Of a DNA stretch of 64,000 nt, positions 41,021 to 50,978 are shown piece by piece. This DNA is from Spirochaetia bacterium (GTDB lineage Bacteria > Spirochaetota > Spirochaetia > UBA9216). Location: assembly GCA_963675665.1 (NCBI GenBank), contig OY776510.1, positions 1,184,001-1,248,000 on the forward strand, in the 5' to 3' direction. Each line of letters starts with the position of its first letter. Positions within the stretch are counted from its first letter, which is position 1. Below the pieces are notes generated by a model. The model was not told where the DNA came from and made no database searches. It was given only the letters and a program-made list of their open reading frames with translations. Both the position numbers and the translations under genes were made by a program.

Positions 41021-42070
41021 TCAATAAACGGCAACAGGCGCTCCTGAGCTGATTACTGTACCGCTGTCGTCTGTTTCGTAATTTGCGGTAAAAGTAACAA
41101 TGGATCCGCCGGTGATTTCATCCAGCAGCTGGGTTTTGGTTTTAACAGTCTTTTTCCCGTTGGGCCTTATTTCATAGCGGATTACCGTTTCAGACGCTTT
41201 AATTACAAAATCGGCTCCGGAGAAAAGATAATCCGTTAAGGCTGATATCTTGGTATCGAGATTCTGAACTGCAGCCTCCCGGGTAAATGTTCTTTCGTAG
41301 GCCAAAGATGTTTTTGTCGGTTTGGTAAGATCGCCGTGCTCGGTATAATACCGGGTTCCAACTATAATTGTATAATCGGAATAGAAGTTAAGCGGATCGC
41401 CGTATTCCTGCACATAATTTACCATACTGGAGTAGTTTGCATCGGTATCCGCAGGCGGTGTATAGGTTGTGCCGGATGGAAAAACAAGGTCGCCGTTTAT
41501 ATCGAACGGAGCGTATTGAAGATTGCTGCCGTCAAGGGTATTGGCGGCCACCTTTTCGTAGCGGATCGAACCGTCGGCATATTCCGTTTCGAAAGCAATG
41601 CGGTAATTGGTGTTTATTGTGCCGTCTGCTTCGCAGATACTGTCGTGGTTATTAAGATAGCCGTCCCCGTTGTCTTTGATGTAATACGATTCGGTAGTGC
41701 TTACAATGGCATCCTGCCTGGGGTAGGTTGTTACGTTGACTACTGTGTAAATGTTGTTGCCGACATCTTTACCGGTAATGGTTACGTTGGTGTTCTGCCC
41801 TTTCTCCGGGTAATTGTTGCTTTTTGACGTAGTTGTCGCGCCGTCTGTTGCCGGCAGTAAGACTTCTTTCGTGTAGTCCCAGGCCGCCCGGCTGTCAGCC
41901 AGCTCAGCGTCGCCGCGCAGCATGAAATATGAGCTCAAAAGGTAATCTTCGATAGTTTTGACCTCGTCAGTTGATAGTCTTCCGGTTGTTCCTTCGCCGC
42001 ATGAAGCAAACAGCAAAGCGGTTATAACAAGAAAAATTGCCAACAGGCTTGTTTTATATCTATTTGTCAT
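41021..42070 (-). CDS. Hypothetical lipoprotein
   Basis: ATG 42070 after a GGAGGA RBS; MTNRYK...LLFAS-C lipobox. Confidence 0.75.
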   Translation of the reverse strand: MTNRYKTSLLAIFLVITALLFASCGEGTTGRLSTDEVKTIEDYLLSSYFMLRGDAELADSRAAWDYTKEVLLPATDGATTTSKSNNYPEKGQNTNVTITGKDVGNNIYTVVNVTTYPRQDAIVSTTESYYIKDNGDGYLNNHDSICEADGTINTNYRIAFETEYADGSIRYEKVAANTLDGSNLQYAPFDINGDLVFPSGTTYTPPADTDANYSSMVNYVQEYGDPLNFYSDYTIIVGTRYYTEHGDLTKPTKTSLAYERTFTREAAVQNLDTKISALTDYLFSGADFVIKASETVIRYEIRPNGKKTVKTKTQLLDEITGGSIVTFTANYETDDSGTVISSGAPVAVY

Positions 42071-42234
42071 AATGTCCTCCTGTAAAAAAATCCACACAAA
42101 AGCTGCAAAACAGCTTCGGTAGCAAATATCGGTAAGGCTGTGTACACTATATATTAGAAAAACAATAAGCCAAACCAGATTATTAATGCCACAAAAAAAT
42201 AAAAAAACAACTTTTTTTTAAAAATAATTCATTT

Positions 42235-43620
42235 TTACCTTCTTGTAAGGATATAACGGTCCAGTTTTGCAATATCTGCTTTAAGAAAAAGCCATGCAGC
42301 AGCCGAAGCGACCGCAGTTCCGGCCAAGTAGGAAAATCCTGCGTGAAGAGGAATGATTGAAAATACTGAAAGCAGGGCAAGAATACCGTTTACTGAAAAA
42401 AACACCAGTGCTGAAAAAAATGCATGACGGTATTGTTCGATATAAAACAGATAATTAATTAACGTCAGAAGCATCAGGTGGAAAAAGACTGCGGCAAGCG
42501 TTGTTCTGAGTATTGTGTCTGATGCAAAAATTATTATTACCAGTGTTACTACCGCCTGAAGAAGGCTTTGTTCCTTGACGGATTCTCCGGTTACCCGAAA
42601 AACAGCTTTTCTGGCTGATACAATCGCAGAGTATCGGCCTCGGGCGATTGTCAGCAGAAAACGCTTAAGTACCGTATAAAATTCGGTTTCGGAGAATACT
42701 ACAAAGAACACCAGGCCCGGTATCATTGTCAGATTGGCAAGATAAACGGGTATGTCGTAAACCTGATAAAGCCGTATAAATGTGCCTGATACGGACTCGC
42801 CGTAAGCAATCCAGAATATCAGCTTGTCAACCCATATTCCGAAATAGTAGACGGCCCCGGCTCCGAAAAGATACCGGTGTCTGATCATATACCTTATAAA
42901 GCCGGAAAACCCCCTGGTTAAGGCAAAACGCGCGGTTGACGGGGTTATGTCTGTCGGAGGTGACGGTTTGGCGGGTTTCCAGGCTGAACGGCAGAGAATT
43001 ATCAGCAGTATTACTATAAGCAGATGGCCCAGGCTGAAGCCCAGCAGTGCTCCTGCAAGTTTGAATGTCGGTAAGAGCAGGTAAATCAGCAGCAGGGATG
43101 AAGCAAGCCCCGCGGTATATACAAGCATGATTTTTATATACCATTTGAGGACCGACACAAAAAGCATGATAATCCACATACAGTTTATTGTAACGAAGAT
43201 AAGGCCTGTTGATGCGCGGAAAAGCAATGCATATTCAATGTTCAGATCCAGGGAAAAAGCTGCCGGCAGCGCGATTGCAGCCGATATCAGTCCTACCGGG
43301 ATGCAGATTCCAAGCACATAACCGAAGGCTTCGTCTTCTTTTTTGAAATAAAGCAGGTCGCTCATCCTTCTGGTGAAAAGGTAATGGAACCCTCCGAAAA
43401 TAAACAGCGAGAAGGCGTATGAATAGATGACCACTCCCATGAACAGCTCTGTTCCGCCGTAGAGCGCCTGTTTAAAGAATGTCTGGATCAGTGATATTGT
43501 GATGATGGATAAAATCCAGGGGCCTGCGACAATCATTGCTCCGGACATTGCTATCTGGAAAAATGACGCTATCCCGCCTTTGCTTATGACCTTTCTGAGT
43601 TCGAACCCGATACCTGCCAT
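42235..43620 (-). CDS. pelG: Pel exopolysaccharide membrane protein PelG
   Basis: Diagnostic N-terminus MAGIGFELRK, AGPW, TRR.SD, WVDKLIFW, YDIP; many TM helices. Confidence 0.93.
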   Translation of the reverse strand: MAGIGFELRKVISKGGIASFFQIAMSGAMIVAGPWILSIITISLIQTFFKQALYGGTELFMGVVIYSYAFSLFIFGGFHYLFTRRMSDLLYFKKEDEAFGYVLGICIPVGLISAAIALPAAFSLDLNIEYALLFRASTGLIFVTINCMWIIMLFVSVLKWYIKIMLVYTAGLASSLLLIYLLLPTFKLAGALLGFSLGHLLIVILLIILCRSAWKPAKPSPPTDITPSTARFALTRGFSGFIRYMIRHRYLFGAGAVYYFGIWVDKLIFWIAYGESVSGTFIRLYQVYDIPVYLANLTMIPGLVFFVVFSETEFYTVLKRFLLTIARGRYSAIVSARKAVFRVTGESVKEQSLLQAVVTLVIIIFASDTILRTTLAAVFFHLMLLTLINYLFYIEQYRHAFFSALVFFSVNGILALLSVFSIIPLHAGFSYLAGTAVASAAAWLFLKADIAKLDRYILTRR

Positions 43621-45050
43621 CAGTTCGGCTCCTTTCTCTTCCGGAGGGGAACTGTCGGGTTTTGTTTGGTACTGAAATCGGAATAGATCCGATGATACCT
43701 CCGGTGCAGGTCAGTTTTATTGTAGTAGGTGACGGCTTTCGACTTGTTGGCTTCGTTAATCTTTTTCATTTCGCCGGGGTGATCATGAATATACTGAATG
43801 CATTCCGCGAGTTTAACGGAGTCTTTTGACGCAGCCAGGAACCGATCATCGTAATCAAGCATTTCAGGGATATTTCCTACGGCTGTGGCAACTGCCGGTA
43901 CGCCGCCGCAATATCCTTCGAGAATGACCAGAGGCTGTGCTTCGCGAACCGAGGTCAGAACCAGTACGTTCAGAAATTTATAATAATCAAGAACATTCTG
44001 TCTTCCGGTGAAAATAAAACGGTCTTCTATTTTAAGACTTTTAACAAGCACCTCGCAATCCCGGTAATAGCCGGGATCTTCATCGGTGGGTCCTATACAG
44101 TAAAATATGGCCTCCGGAATACGTTCGAGAACTATTTTGGCGGTTGAGATGTAGGTTTTAATATCCTTAATTGGCACAACCCGTCCTACCAGGCCGACAT
44201 GAAAGCCTTCTTTTTCCTCACGCTCGATTGAGAAGCGGGGCAGATCAATTCCGTTGGGGATAACTTCCGTAATTTTGGGATCGGCTCCGAGTTCATGCTG
44301 TTTGCGACGGTTTTCTTCAAACAGGGAGATGATCAGGTCGGCCTGTGAGTAACAGATGCGGCTGAACGCGTTATAAAGCCTTATCCACATGTCTCGCTGA
44401 TATCCGCGGATGAGTTTTGATTTACGGATTTCCATTTCGCGTTCCTTGTGGTAAAGACCGTGTTCCGTCAATACAAGCGGTTTGTTTTTTCTTACCCTTG
44501 CCGCCGCCGCTGCAATTCCGGCATATCCGGTCGAGACAGCATGATAGATATCAGCGTCCGGAAGCGCTGCTCCAAGTATTGTAAAGAGCATATCGTGGGC
44601 GGATTTCCAGGCCCAATAATAATCGGTAAATGCGTAGGTCGGATTGTGTTTTGTATTGGCTTCGACAATAAGTTTCCAGCCCGGGTCGCTTTTTACGGAA
44701 TCGTCATACATGAAATAATTTTCGGGAAGAAGTTTAACAAGCCCTTCGAAATCTGCCTTGTTTCCCGTCAGAAACATTGAGTGAAGCAGCTGTATTGCCC
44801 GGAGCAGCTTTTTTTTTGACCCCGGTTTTGCGGTTGACTGGTAATGCTTGTTAAGAACAATATCCTTATGTTCAACTACGTTGACTGGAAGTTTGTAGCG
44901 AAGTTCCATGTTTTCTTCCGGTGATATTGTGAACAGGACAAAATCTATTTCCGGCAGATTAATAATAAGATCATGGGTCCAGGCTGATACGCCCCCGGTT
45001 ATAAAAGGGTAGGAACCTTCAAGTACAATGCATACGCGGGGTTTCTTCAC
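43620..45050 (-). CDS. pelF: GT4 glycosyltransferase PelF (DUF3492 + GT4)
   Basis: EGSYPFITGGVSAW, STGYAG, LTEHGLY, GRVVPIKDIKT, EAQPLVILE motifs; overlaps pelG. Confidence 0.94.
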   Translation of the reverse strand: MKKPRVCIVLEGSYPFITGGVSAWTHDLIINLPEIDFVLFTISPEENMELRYKLPVNVVEHKDIVLNKHYQSTAKPGSKKKLLRAIQLLHSMFLTGNKADFEGLVKLLPENYFMYDDSVKSDPGWKLIVEANTKHNPTYAFTDYYWAWKSAHDMLFTILGAALPDADIYHAVSTGYAGIAAAAARVRKNKPLVLTEHGLYHKEREMEIRKSKLIRGYQRDMWIRLYNAFSRICYSQADLIISLFEENRRKQHELGADPKITEVIPNGIDLPRFSIEREEKEGFHVGLVGRVVPIKDIKTYISTAKIVLERIPEAIFYCIGPTDEDPGYYRDCEVLVKSLKIEDRFIFTGRQNVLDYYKFLNVLVLTSVREAQPLVILEGYCGGVPAVATAVGNIPEMLDYDDRFLAASKDSVKLAECIQYIHDHPGEMKKINEANKSKAVTYYNKTDLHRRYHRIYSDFSTKQNPTVPLRKRKEPN

Positions 45051-45769
45051 GTCCCCTCCGTCCAGAAATCGATTATTAAAGTCTGGTTTGAGTCCATTCG
45101 CGAACGCAGTTTTTTAAATTCGTTCATTATTCTGTAAAGTTCATTGAAATTGCGTTGTCTGTACGCTATTTCGGCAAGAATAAATCCTGCGTCTATGCCC
45201 TTTATATTATTATCCCTGATAATATTCTTCGCCTGTGAAAGCAGGTTCAGTTTTATTAATATCCGGCTCATATTCAAATGATCTACGGGGTTCAGGCCTT
45301 CAGCCTTGTCCAGTTGTCTGTAGCTTGTAAATGCTTCCCGCAGATAGAAATTCCACAGGTCGGTGACGGCCTTGTTGAGTTCGGCCATTTCCGAGTACAA
45401 TTCGGCTCTTTTGCGGTATTGATTCTCTTTCAGGTTTTCCACAGCCTGGCTGTAATCATTTTCAATCGCATTAATACTCTCGGCAGCGAACAGGGCAATT
45501 TCCTTGTCCGGGTTTTTTATAAGTTTATTTAATAAATTTACAAGAAGAAGATTTGTTTCAAGGTCACGGCCTTTTTGCCCGAGTATACGCTCAATTTCTT
45601 CAAGATTATCCGGGTGATCGAATATCGGTTCTATTGCCGCTGCCTTGTAAATAAAAGCTTCCGGCGGAAGCAGGCCTTCTTCAGCAGCTCTCAGTGCTGC
45701 GAACGGTGTTTTGGGTTCATAATACATATGCCGGGTTTTAACGTATTCGAATCCCTTATTTTTTATCAT
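45047..45769 (-). CDS. pelE: PelE-like HEAT/TPR protein (no obvious N-terminal TM)
   Basis: Lies between the pelD-like gene and pelF with overlapping start/stop codons; NPDKEIALFAAESINAIE HEAT-like motif followed by TPR-like helices. Confidence 0.6.
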   Translation of the reverse strand: MIKNKGFEYVKTRHMYYEPKTPFAALRAAEEGLLPPEAFIYKAAAIEPIFDHPDNLEEIERILGQKGRDLETNLLLVNLLNKLIKNPDKEIALFAAESINAIENDYSQAVENLKENQYRKRAELYSEMAELNKAVTDLWNFYLREAFTSYRQLDKAEGLNPVDHLNMSRILIKLNLLSQAKNIIRDNNIKGIDAGFILAEIAYRQRNFNELYRIMNEFKKLRSRMDSNQTLIIDFWTEGT

Positions 45770-47169
45770 ATTTTCTGTATCTCCAGGAGGTGTTCGGCAT
45801 GCTGTATAAGCCCGTCGGCGTCCTGTGCGTTTTCTCCGAGAGAGGAATAGCCGATAATCATTTCAGTAAAAACTTCTGAACCGTTTATCAGCCAGCTTGA
45901 AGAATTAATCAGCTCAAGAATTTCCAGGCATAAAAGTGAAGCGCCTTCCGAAGAAAGCCCCGGCACCAGAACAGCCATCTGGTTGTCGGATTTGTACATG
46001 AAAAATTCCGCCAGGCCTGCAGTTTCAAGAAGGATCTCGTCGGTCAGTTTAAGAAAAAGTTTTTTCAGCTCGGCTGCAGGAAAATCAGTCAGAAGATTTG
46101 AATAATTCTGGATTTCTATAATCAGCAGGCTGATTCGGGCGCCTTCTTCGGTTGATGAGGCAATATGTCTTTCAAGTACGCTGAAAAGCTGCGAAAAAAG
46201 CGGAAGCTTTGTATCGGTATCGGTTTCGCTCTGCTGAATTTGTCTGTCGTGCTCAACCGCCCGGGTCAGCGCCGGTCCGGCCAGACTGATAATTATTTCC
46301 AGCAGCCGTTCGGTATGCCGGTTGTATTTCACAAACGGCATTTCTTCGATGTTAAGAACTCCCCAGACCTGTTTGTTCAACGGAATGGGAAGGGTAATAA
46401 GGTTTTTCCCGGTATCCATTCGCTGAAGATGTTCAAAATTGTTAATCATCCTGGCCGAAACGATTCGGTTGTTACGAAAAACCCAGCCTTCAATACTGCC
46501 GTCGATGCCCAGGAGTGAGGATGAATCGTATGTGCTGTTTATGTGTACCGATGCGGGCGAGTAAAGAAACCCGGCAGTCTGGCTTTGTGCCCAGATGGTA
46601 ACGGCAGTAGCCTCAGTGAAAAGCAGAACGGTTTCAAGCAGGGTGTCGAGAGATTTTCCCAGGTTCAGACTGTCCATCCGGTGCATCTGGTTGTACAGGG
46701 TAGTTATGGACAGCCTCTGTCCTGTTATGCGCTCTTCAAGTTCACGGTTAATTTCAAGCTGTGCAGATGATATTTTTCTGGTGCGGTAAAGTTCTTTTAC
46801 TGTTTTTTTAAGATGTTCTCTGGTTTTCTGTAATTTTAACCGGTCTGATTCACGGATTGTACCGAAAAGATAAACAAGAATAACTGCTGCAGACAGGATT
46901 ATTGCGTCTTTTGTGTGAAAATCCCGGATTATTACGATAGAATCTAGGCTGCAGTATACAGCAACGGCTGCAGCGGCAGTCAGAATTGTGAGAAAGCCGA
47001 ATCTTCGGCTGAAAAATACTGCCGAGAACAGTGCAACTGTTATATACGGTGTATACAGTAAGGCGGAAAAACCCGGATCATCCGGATCAAAGATAATGTT
47101 AAGGCAAAACACTGCGGCAGTAATCGCAATTGTTTCTGCGGCCTGTCTTAACTTTCTATTTCGGTTCAT
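45766..47169 (-). CDS. pelD: PelD-like membrane protein (TM, coiled coil, GAF, degenerate GGDEF)
   Basis: About four N-terminal TMs, a coiled coil, a GAF domain (LPIPLNKQVWGVLNIEEMPF) and a degenerate GGDEF domain; first gene of the pelDEFG-like operon. Confidence 0.75.
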   Translation of the reverse strand: MNRNRKLRQAAETIAITAAVFCLNIIFDPDDPGFSALLYTPYITVALFSAVFFSRRFGFLTILTAAAAVAVYCSLDSIVIIRDFHTKDAIILSAAVILVYLFGTIRESDRLKLQKTREHLKKTVKELYRTRKISSAQLEINRELEERITGQRLSITTLYNQMHRMDSLNLGKSLDTLLETVLLFTEATAVTIWAQSQTAGFLYSPASVHINSTYDSSSLLGIDGSIEGWVFRNNRIVSARMINNFEHLQRMDTGKNLITLPIPLNKQVWGVLNIEEMPFVKYNRHTERLLEIIISLAGPALTRAVEHDRQIQQSETDTDTKLPLFSQLFSVLERHIASSTEEGARISLLIIEIQNYSNLLTDFPAAELKKLFLKLTDEILLETAGLAEFFMYKSDNQMAVLVPGLSSEGASLLCLEILELINSSSWLINGSEVFTEMIIGYSSLGENAQDADGLIQHAEHLLEIQKI

Positions 47170-47212
47170 TTGTAATATATTATATCTGAATGGACACGGG
47201 GGATAAAGGAAA

Positions 47213-50200
47213 ATGTTTCGAAAGAATGTATTTATAATATTATTTTTTTTATTTTCAGCAGTATGGCTGTTTTCTCAGGACAACCTGCTGAAGCCGGTAT
47301 ATCCCGAAAGCAGCACCGGGTTGATATATCTTGAAGGTGAAGATGCGGTTTCGACGAATTTTGCGAATCAGCCGGTATCAAATTTCGGGTGCTCCGGCTT
47401 CCAGGCGGTTCAATTAAACCGGAATACCGGGCTGCAGGGCGGCGCTGCCTTTTTTGCCGAGTTTGTTTTTTATGTTGAAGAGCCGGGCGAGTATGAATTC
47501 TGGTACGGCGGAACACCTCCGGGCCCTTCGGATGAATTAAGTCCGTCGTACGCAAGTCCTTTCCGGTTCAGGATAGATGAGGATGAACCGGTGAAAGTGT
47601 ACCGTGAAGACATCCATGTCATAGAGGGGTATTCTCCCTCATACTACTGGAATAAATGTATAGTCGTGAATTTAACCGAAGGATCGCATCGTCTGAGGAT
47701 AGAAGTGACTGAAAAGCGGGGATTCGACAGCAGGTATTATTTTTATCTGGACAGTCTCTTTTTTCTGAATCGTGCAAAAGTTGACGAAATTGAAAAAATC
47801 AAACCGGCCGTTTTTCCGACGGTCCTTGACAGCGATGCTATTGATAACCCGTTTATGTCCATAACCGATTACCAGAAATATATAAATCTGCATCCGGACG
47901 AGAAAGATGCATATATTGAACTGTCTCTTGTTTTTTCGCTTGTCGGTGACTATCAGGGAGCTCTCAAGACGCTTGCCAAGGCAATGGCGCTGGATGCTTC
48001 CGATTCATACCCGATTGTACTTGCTGCAAAGAACCGTCTCTGGAAGGGGGATGTAAGGGAAAGTCTTGCCCTTTACGACAGGGCTTTGTCGGCAAACCCG
48101 GAAGATCGCGCGCTTTGGGCTGAAGCCGGAAAGGTTGCGGCCTGGACGGCTGAATATGATAAATCGATTGGGTTTTTCACCCGCGGAATCGAAAGGTTTC
48201 CGGATGATCTGAACATGAGGGTCAATCTTGCGCTGACATATCTCTGGATGGCAAGAGATGCCGATGCCGAAGAAGCTTTTTCCATGGCGTTTAAAACCGC
48301 TTCGACCGATCCTGAAAAACTCGGAGAGCTTGGCTGGATAGAGGAAGCCAACGGCTATCCTGAATATGCTCGGGATGTATACCTTCAGTCGATGGAACTT
48401 TATCCTGAATATCTTGAATTCTACCTGTTGCTTCAGAGTTCATACCTGTCTTCCGGGGACCGTGAAGCTGCTGATGATATAGGAAGAAGAATTGAATCAA
48501 CTTTTATCCCATCAGTCAGGCTTCAGAACGAGCTGGCTGTTTACAGGAAGAAACTCAGTCTTCGCGATGAAGTTATTGCGTCATATCTTTCCAGACTGAA
48601 GGAGGAGCCGGGAAATCTTGAACTGAGGCAGGAACTTGCGCAGACTTTTTTCTGGAACGGTATGAGTATTGAGGCCATAGAGCAGATAAAATATGTAATT
48701 ACAACATATTCCTACCGTGCTGCCGAAACCTGGGTTCGCAGGAGCGCCGATGTTCTCAGGCTGATTGACCAGACGGCAGCGCTTGTTCCGTTTTTTGAAA
48801 ATTATAACAGCACCTCCTCAGCAGCTTTAAAAGCGTTGAATTCTGCCGCCGGAATACTGGTAAAGGCGGAAAAAGCAGCGGCAGCCTCCGAAGGGAAAGA
48901 GCAGGAGGACTCGGCCCAGGCCAAAGCAGCATTGCGTGAGGCCCGGCAGAAATTTGCCGATGCTGTAGCGGCGGCCAGGCAGATTGGTACGGAAATGGAA
49001 CTTGTAACCGACGTTGCGGATACTTATAAAAAGGCTGTTGAAGATATTCTTGTCCTTGAAAAAGAGAAAGACGAAGCTTTTACCGGAGTTATCGGTGCAA
49101 GCGGGTGGAGTTGGGCCAAATCATGGCAGATTGACGAACTGACCAGGATAATGACGGTTGAAAAAGCCCTTGCTTCATATATGCTCAGCCGCGTACTTAT
49201 GACTGAAGGAGAGTACGACAGGGCTGCGGAAGTTCTGATGCCGATCCGGGAGGAGGGCATTGTAATTATTGAAACTGCGGAGGATGCGGCAGCGGTTGAA
49301 GCGGCGGAAGCGTCTTCCGGAGAGATAGCAGCTGAAGTTTTGAATGCATATGATTACTCTTTAATGAATACTGATATTCTGTATTCGTTATATCAGGCCC
49401 TTCTTCTCGGAGGCAGGGATGAAGCACGTTCCGTATTATTTGAAAAGGAACGGGATCGGCTGACCGCTGATTATGCTCACCTGATTGATGTAGAGGAAAA
49501 GCTTAAGCTGGCGGAAAATCCGATCGGAAATTCTCCGGCCGGTGTATATTATGATGGGCTCGGTTCCGAAACCGGAGATGTTATAAAAACACTTGAGGAT
49601 TATAAACAGACTGCCTCGGAATATTATAATACGGTTGACAGGCTTTTAAAGCAGTTGAAGGCGGTTGAGGCCAATGAGCTGGAGCGAGCCAACTATTACC
49701 TTGAATCCGACACTTACCTTATTCGTTATGAGCTTGGAAATTACTATCTTGATGAAAGCATGAATGTTGAAGCATCCGAACAGTTTCGAAGGGTAATAGC
49801 TGTTGATCCGTGGAACATCTCGGCTGCATACAAGCTGGGTATTGTTGAGCAGCGTTACGGCAACTGGTCCGAAGCGATGAAATTTTACAAAAAGGTTTAT
49901 CAGCAGGATCCGGCATATGAAAATTCAGTATATTATTACAACCAGCTTGCCCGGGCTCATTCCGATCGAACATCAACGGCTTTTCAGCTAATTAATACCC
50001 CGTCCGAAATCGCTTTTTCAGGAACGCTGGGATGGAGCACGGAGTTTAACAGCACTGTGGGACTGGGCATTGATTATACCCTTGATCAGCAGCGTTTGTA
50101 CCGTGAGCCTTCTAACGAGACCAAAAACACGTTTCAGGTTCATCTTGTTGAAGCATCGTTACCGTTCAGTTTGGGCCGGACAGGTATAAAGGTTACCCCT

Positions 50201-50971
50201 CAAGTCGGTATGTATGCCGAAAGCGTTTTTTATAAGGAAGATGCGTATTTTTCTGACGATGACAGCGTAACCGCCGGGGAATATCTTGATTCGATTTCCA
50301 CTTACATTAAATACGGGGCTAAAGCAGGGTGGAAGTGGAATTTTCTTACTGTTGATGCGTCGTGGGAAAATGCAATCGAGCCCGATACCTTCTATGTGGA
50401 TCGGAATATTGTTCGGAAAAATGATATCGAGCTGAATATAAATACATGGTTTAATTTCGAAGAAGACCTGTTCGGTCCGCTGACAACCAGGACATACGGA
50501 CGACTTCAGCTGTCGAATGATAATAATGTGCGCGGCCAGGTTTTTCAGGATGTAATGTTTGGTTTTAACCTGCTGAGTAATCCTGTTATCAGGCTGTCGC
50601 CTGCAGTTTCGTTTAATTATGAAAACTCGCTTCCGATGCAGGTTAGCGACTATTATGCGCCGAGGAATGTAATTGAGGCGAAGGGCGGATTGCGTTCAGC
50701 TTTTACATTTCCGTCGTCAGATTGGAGCAGGGCTTTTGAAGCGGTTTTATGGTGTGCCGGAGGCGGATACTGGTCGGGGCTGGGTAGTGATTCAGCCTTA
50801 AGCAGCGCGAAAGCGGAAGCCGGCTTGGGCGTTACCTGGGTTAAAAACAGTAATATGTATTATCTGAACCTTAACGGAGCGGGGACTTTCATCGACGGTG
50901 AGAATAATTATTGGGAAATCAGTGTTTCGCTCGGATCAAATCTGGCTTTACCGGGGCTGCTTTCTCCGTAA
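47213..50971 (+). CDS. PelB-like exported TPR protein with N-terminal carbohydrate-binding-like domain and C-terminal beta-barrel
   Basis: Signal peptide; IYLEGED...EEPGEYEFW...LTEGSHRL...YLDSL beta-sandwich; two TPR clusters; about 330 C-terminal aa of amphipathic strands; 43 bp from pelD, divergent. Confidence 0.7.
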   Translation: MFRKNVFIILFFLFSAVWLFSQDNLLKPVYPESSTGLIYLEGEDAVSTNFANQPVSNFGCSGFQAVQLNRNTGLQGGAAFFAEFVFYVEEPGEYEFWYGGTPPGPSDELSPSYASPFRFRIDEDEPVKVYREDIHVIEGYSPSYYWNKCIVVNLTEGSHRLRIEVTEKRGFDSRYYFYLDSLFFLNRAKVDEIEKIKPAVFPTVLDSDAIDNPFMSITDYQKYINLHPDEKDAYIELSLVFSLVGDYQGALKTLAKAMALDASDSYPIVLAAKNRLWKGDVRESLALYDRALSANPEDRALWAEAGKVAAWTAEYDKSIGFFTRGIERFPDDLNMRVNLALTYLWMARDADAEEAFSMAFKTASTDPEKLGELGWIEEANGYPEYARDVYLQSMELYPEYLEFYLLLQSSYLSSGDREAADDIGRRIESTFIPSVRLQNELAVYRKKLSLRDEVIASYLSRLKEEPGNLELRQELAQTFFWNGMSIEAIEQIKYVITTYSYRAAETWVRRSADVLRLIDQTAALVPFFENYNSTSSAALKALNSAAGILVKAEKAAAASEGKEQEDSAQAKAALREARQKFADAVAAARQIGTEMELVTDVADTYKKAVEDILVLEKEKDEAFTGVIGASGWSWAKSWQIDELTRIMTVEKALASYMLSRVLMTEGEYDRAAEVLMPIREEGIVIIETAEDAAAVEAAEASSGEIAAEVLNAYDYSLMNTDILYSLYQALLLGGRDEARSVLFEKERDRLTADYAHLIDVEEKLKLAENPIGNSPAGVYYDGLGSETGDVIKTLEDYKQTASEYYNTVDRLLKQLKAVEANELERANYYLESDTYLIRYELGNYYLDESMNVEASEQFRRVIAVDPWNISAAYKLGIVEQRYGNWSEAMKFYKKVYQQDPAYENSVYYYNQLARAHSDRTSTAFQLINTPSEIAFSGTLGWSTEFNSTVGLGIDYTLDQQRLYREPSNETKNTFQVHLVEASLPFSLGRTGIKVTPQVGMYAESVFYKEDAYFSDDDSVTAGEYLDSISTYIKYGAKAGWKWNFLTVDASWENAIEPDTFYVDRNIVRKNDIELNINTWFNFEEDLFGPLTTRTYGRLQLSNDNNVRGQVFQDVMFGFNLLSNPVIRLSPAVSFNYENSLPMQVSDYYAPRNVIEAKGGLRSAFTFPSSDWSRAFEAVLWCAGGGYWSGLGSDSALSSAKAEAGLGVTWVKNSNMYYLNLNGAGTFIDGENNYWEISVSLGSNLALPGLLSP

Positions 50972-50978
50972 TCGGTTT

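Noticed and set aside
41021-42070. Lipoprotein downstream of pelG as PelC or PelA
   Set aside because: It is about twice the size of PelC, has no recognisable PelC or PelA motifs, and sits 164 bp from pelG with room for its own promoter.
42119-42134. AGCAAATATCGGT resembling the sigma54-activator palindrome upstream of the lipoprotein gene
   Set aside because: It is a single partial match with no -24/-12 promoter nearby, so it is probably chance.
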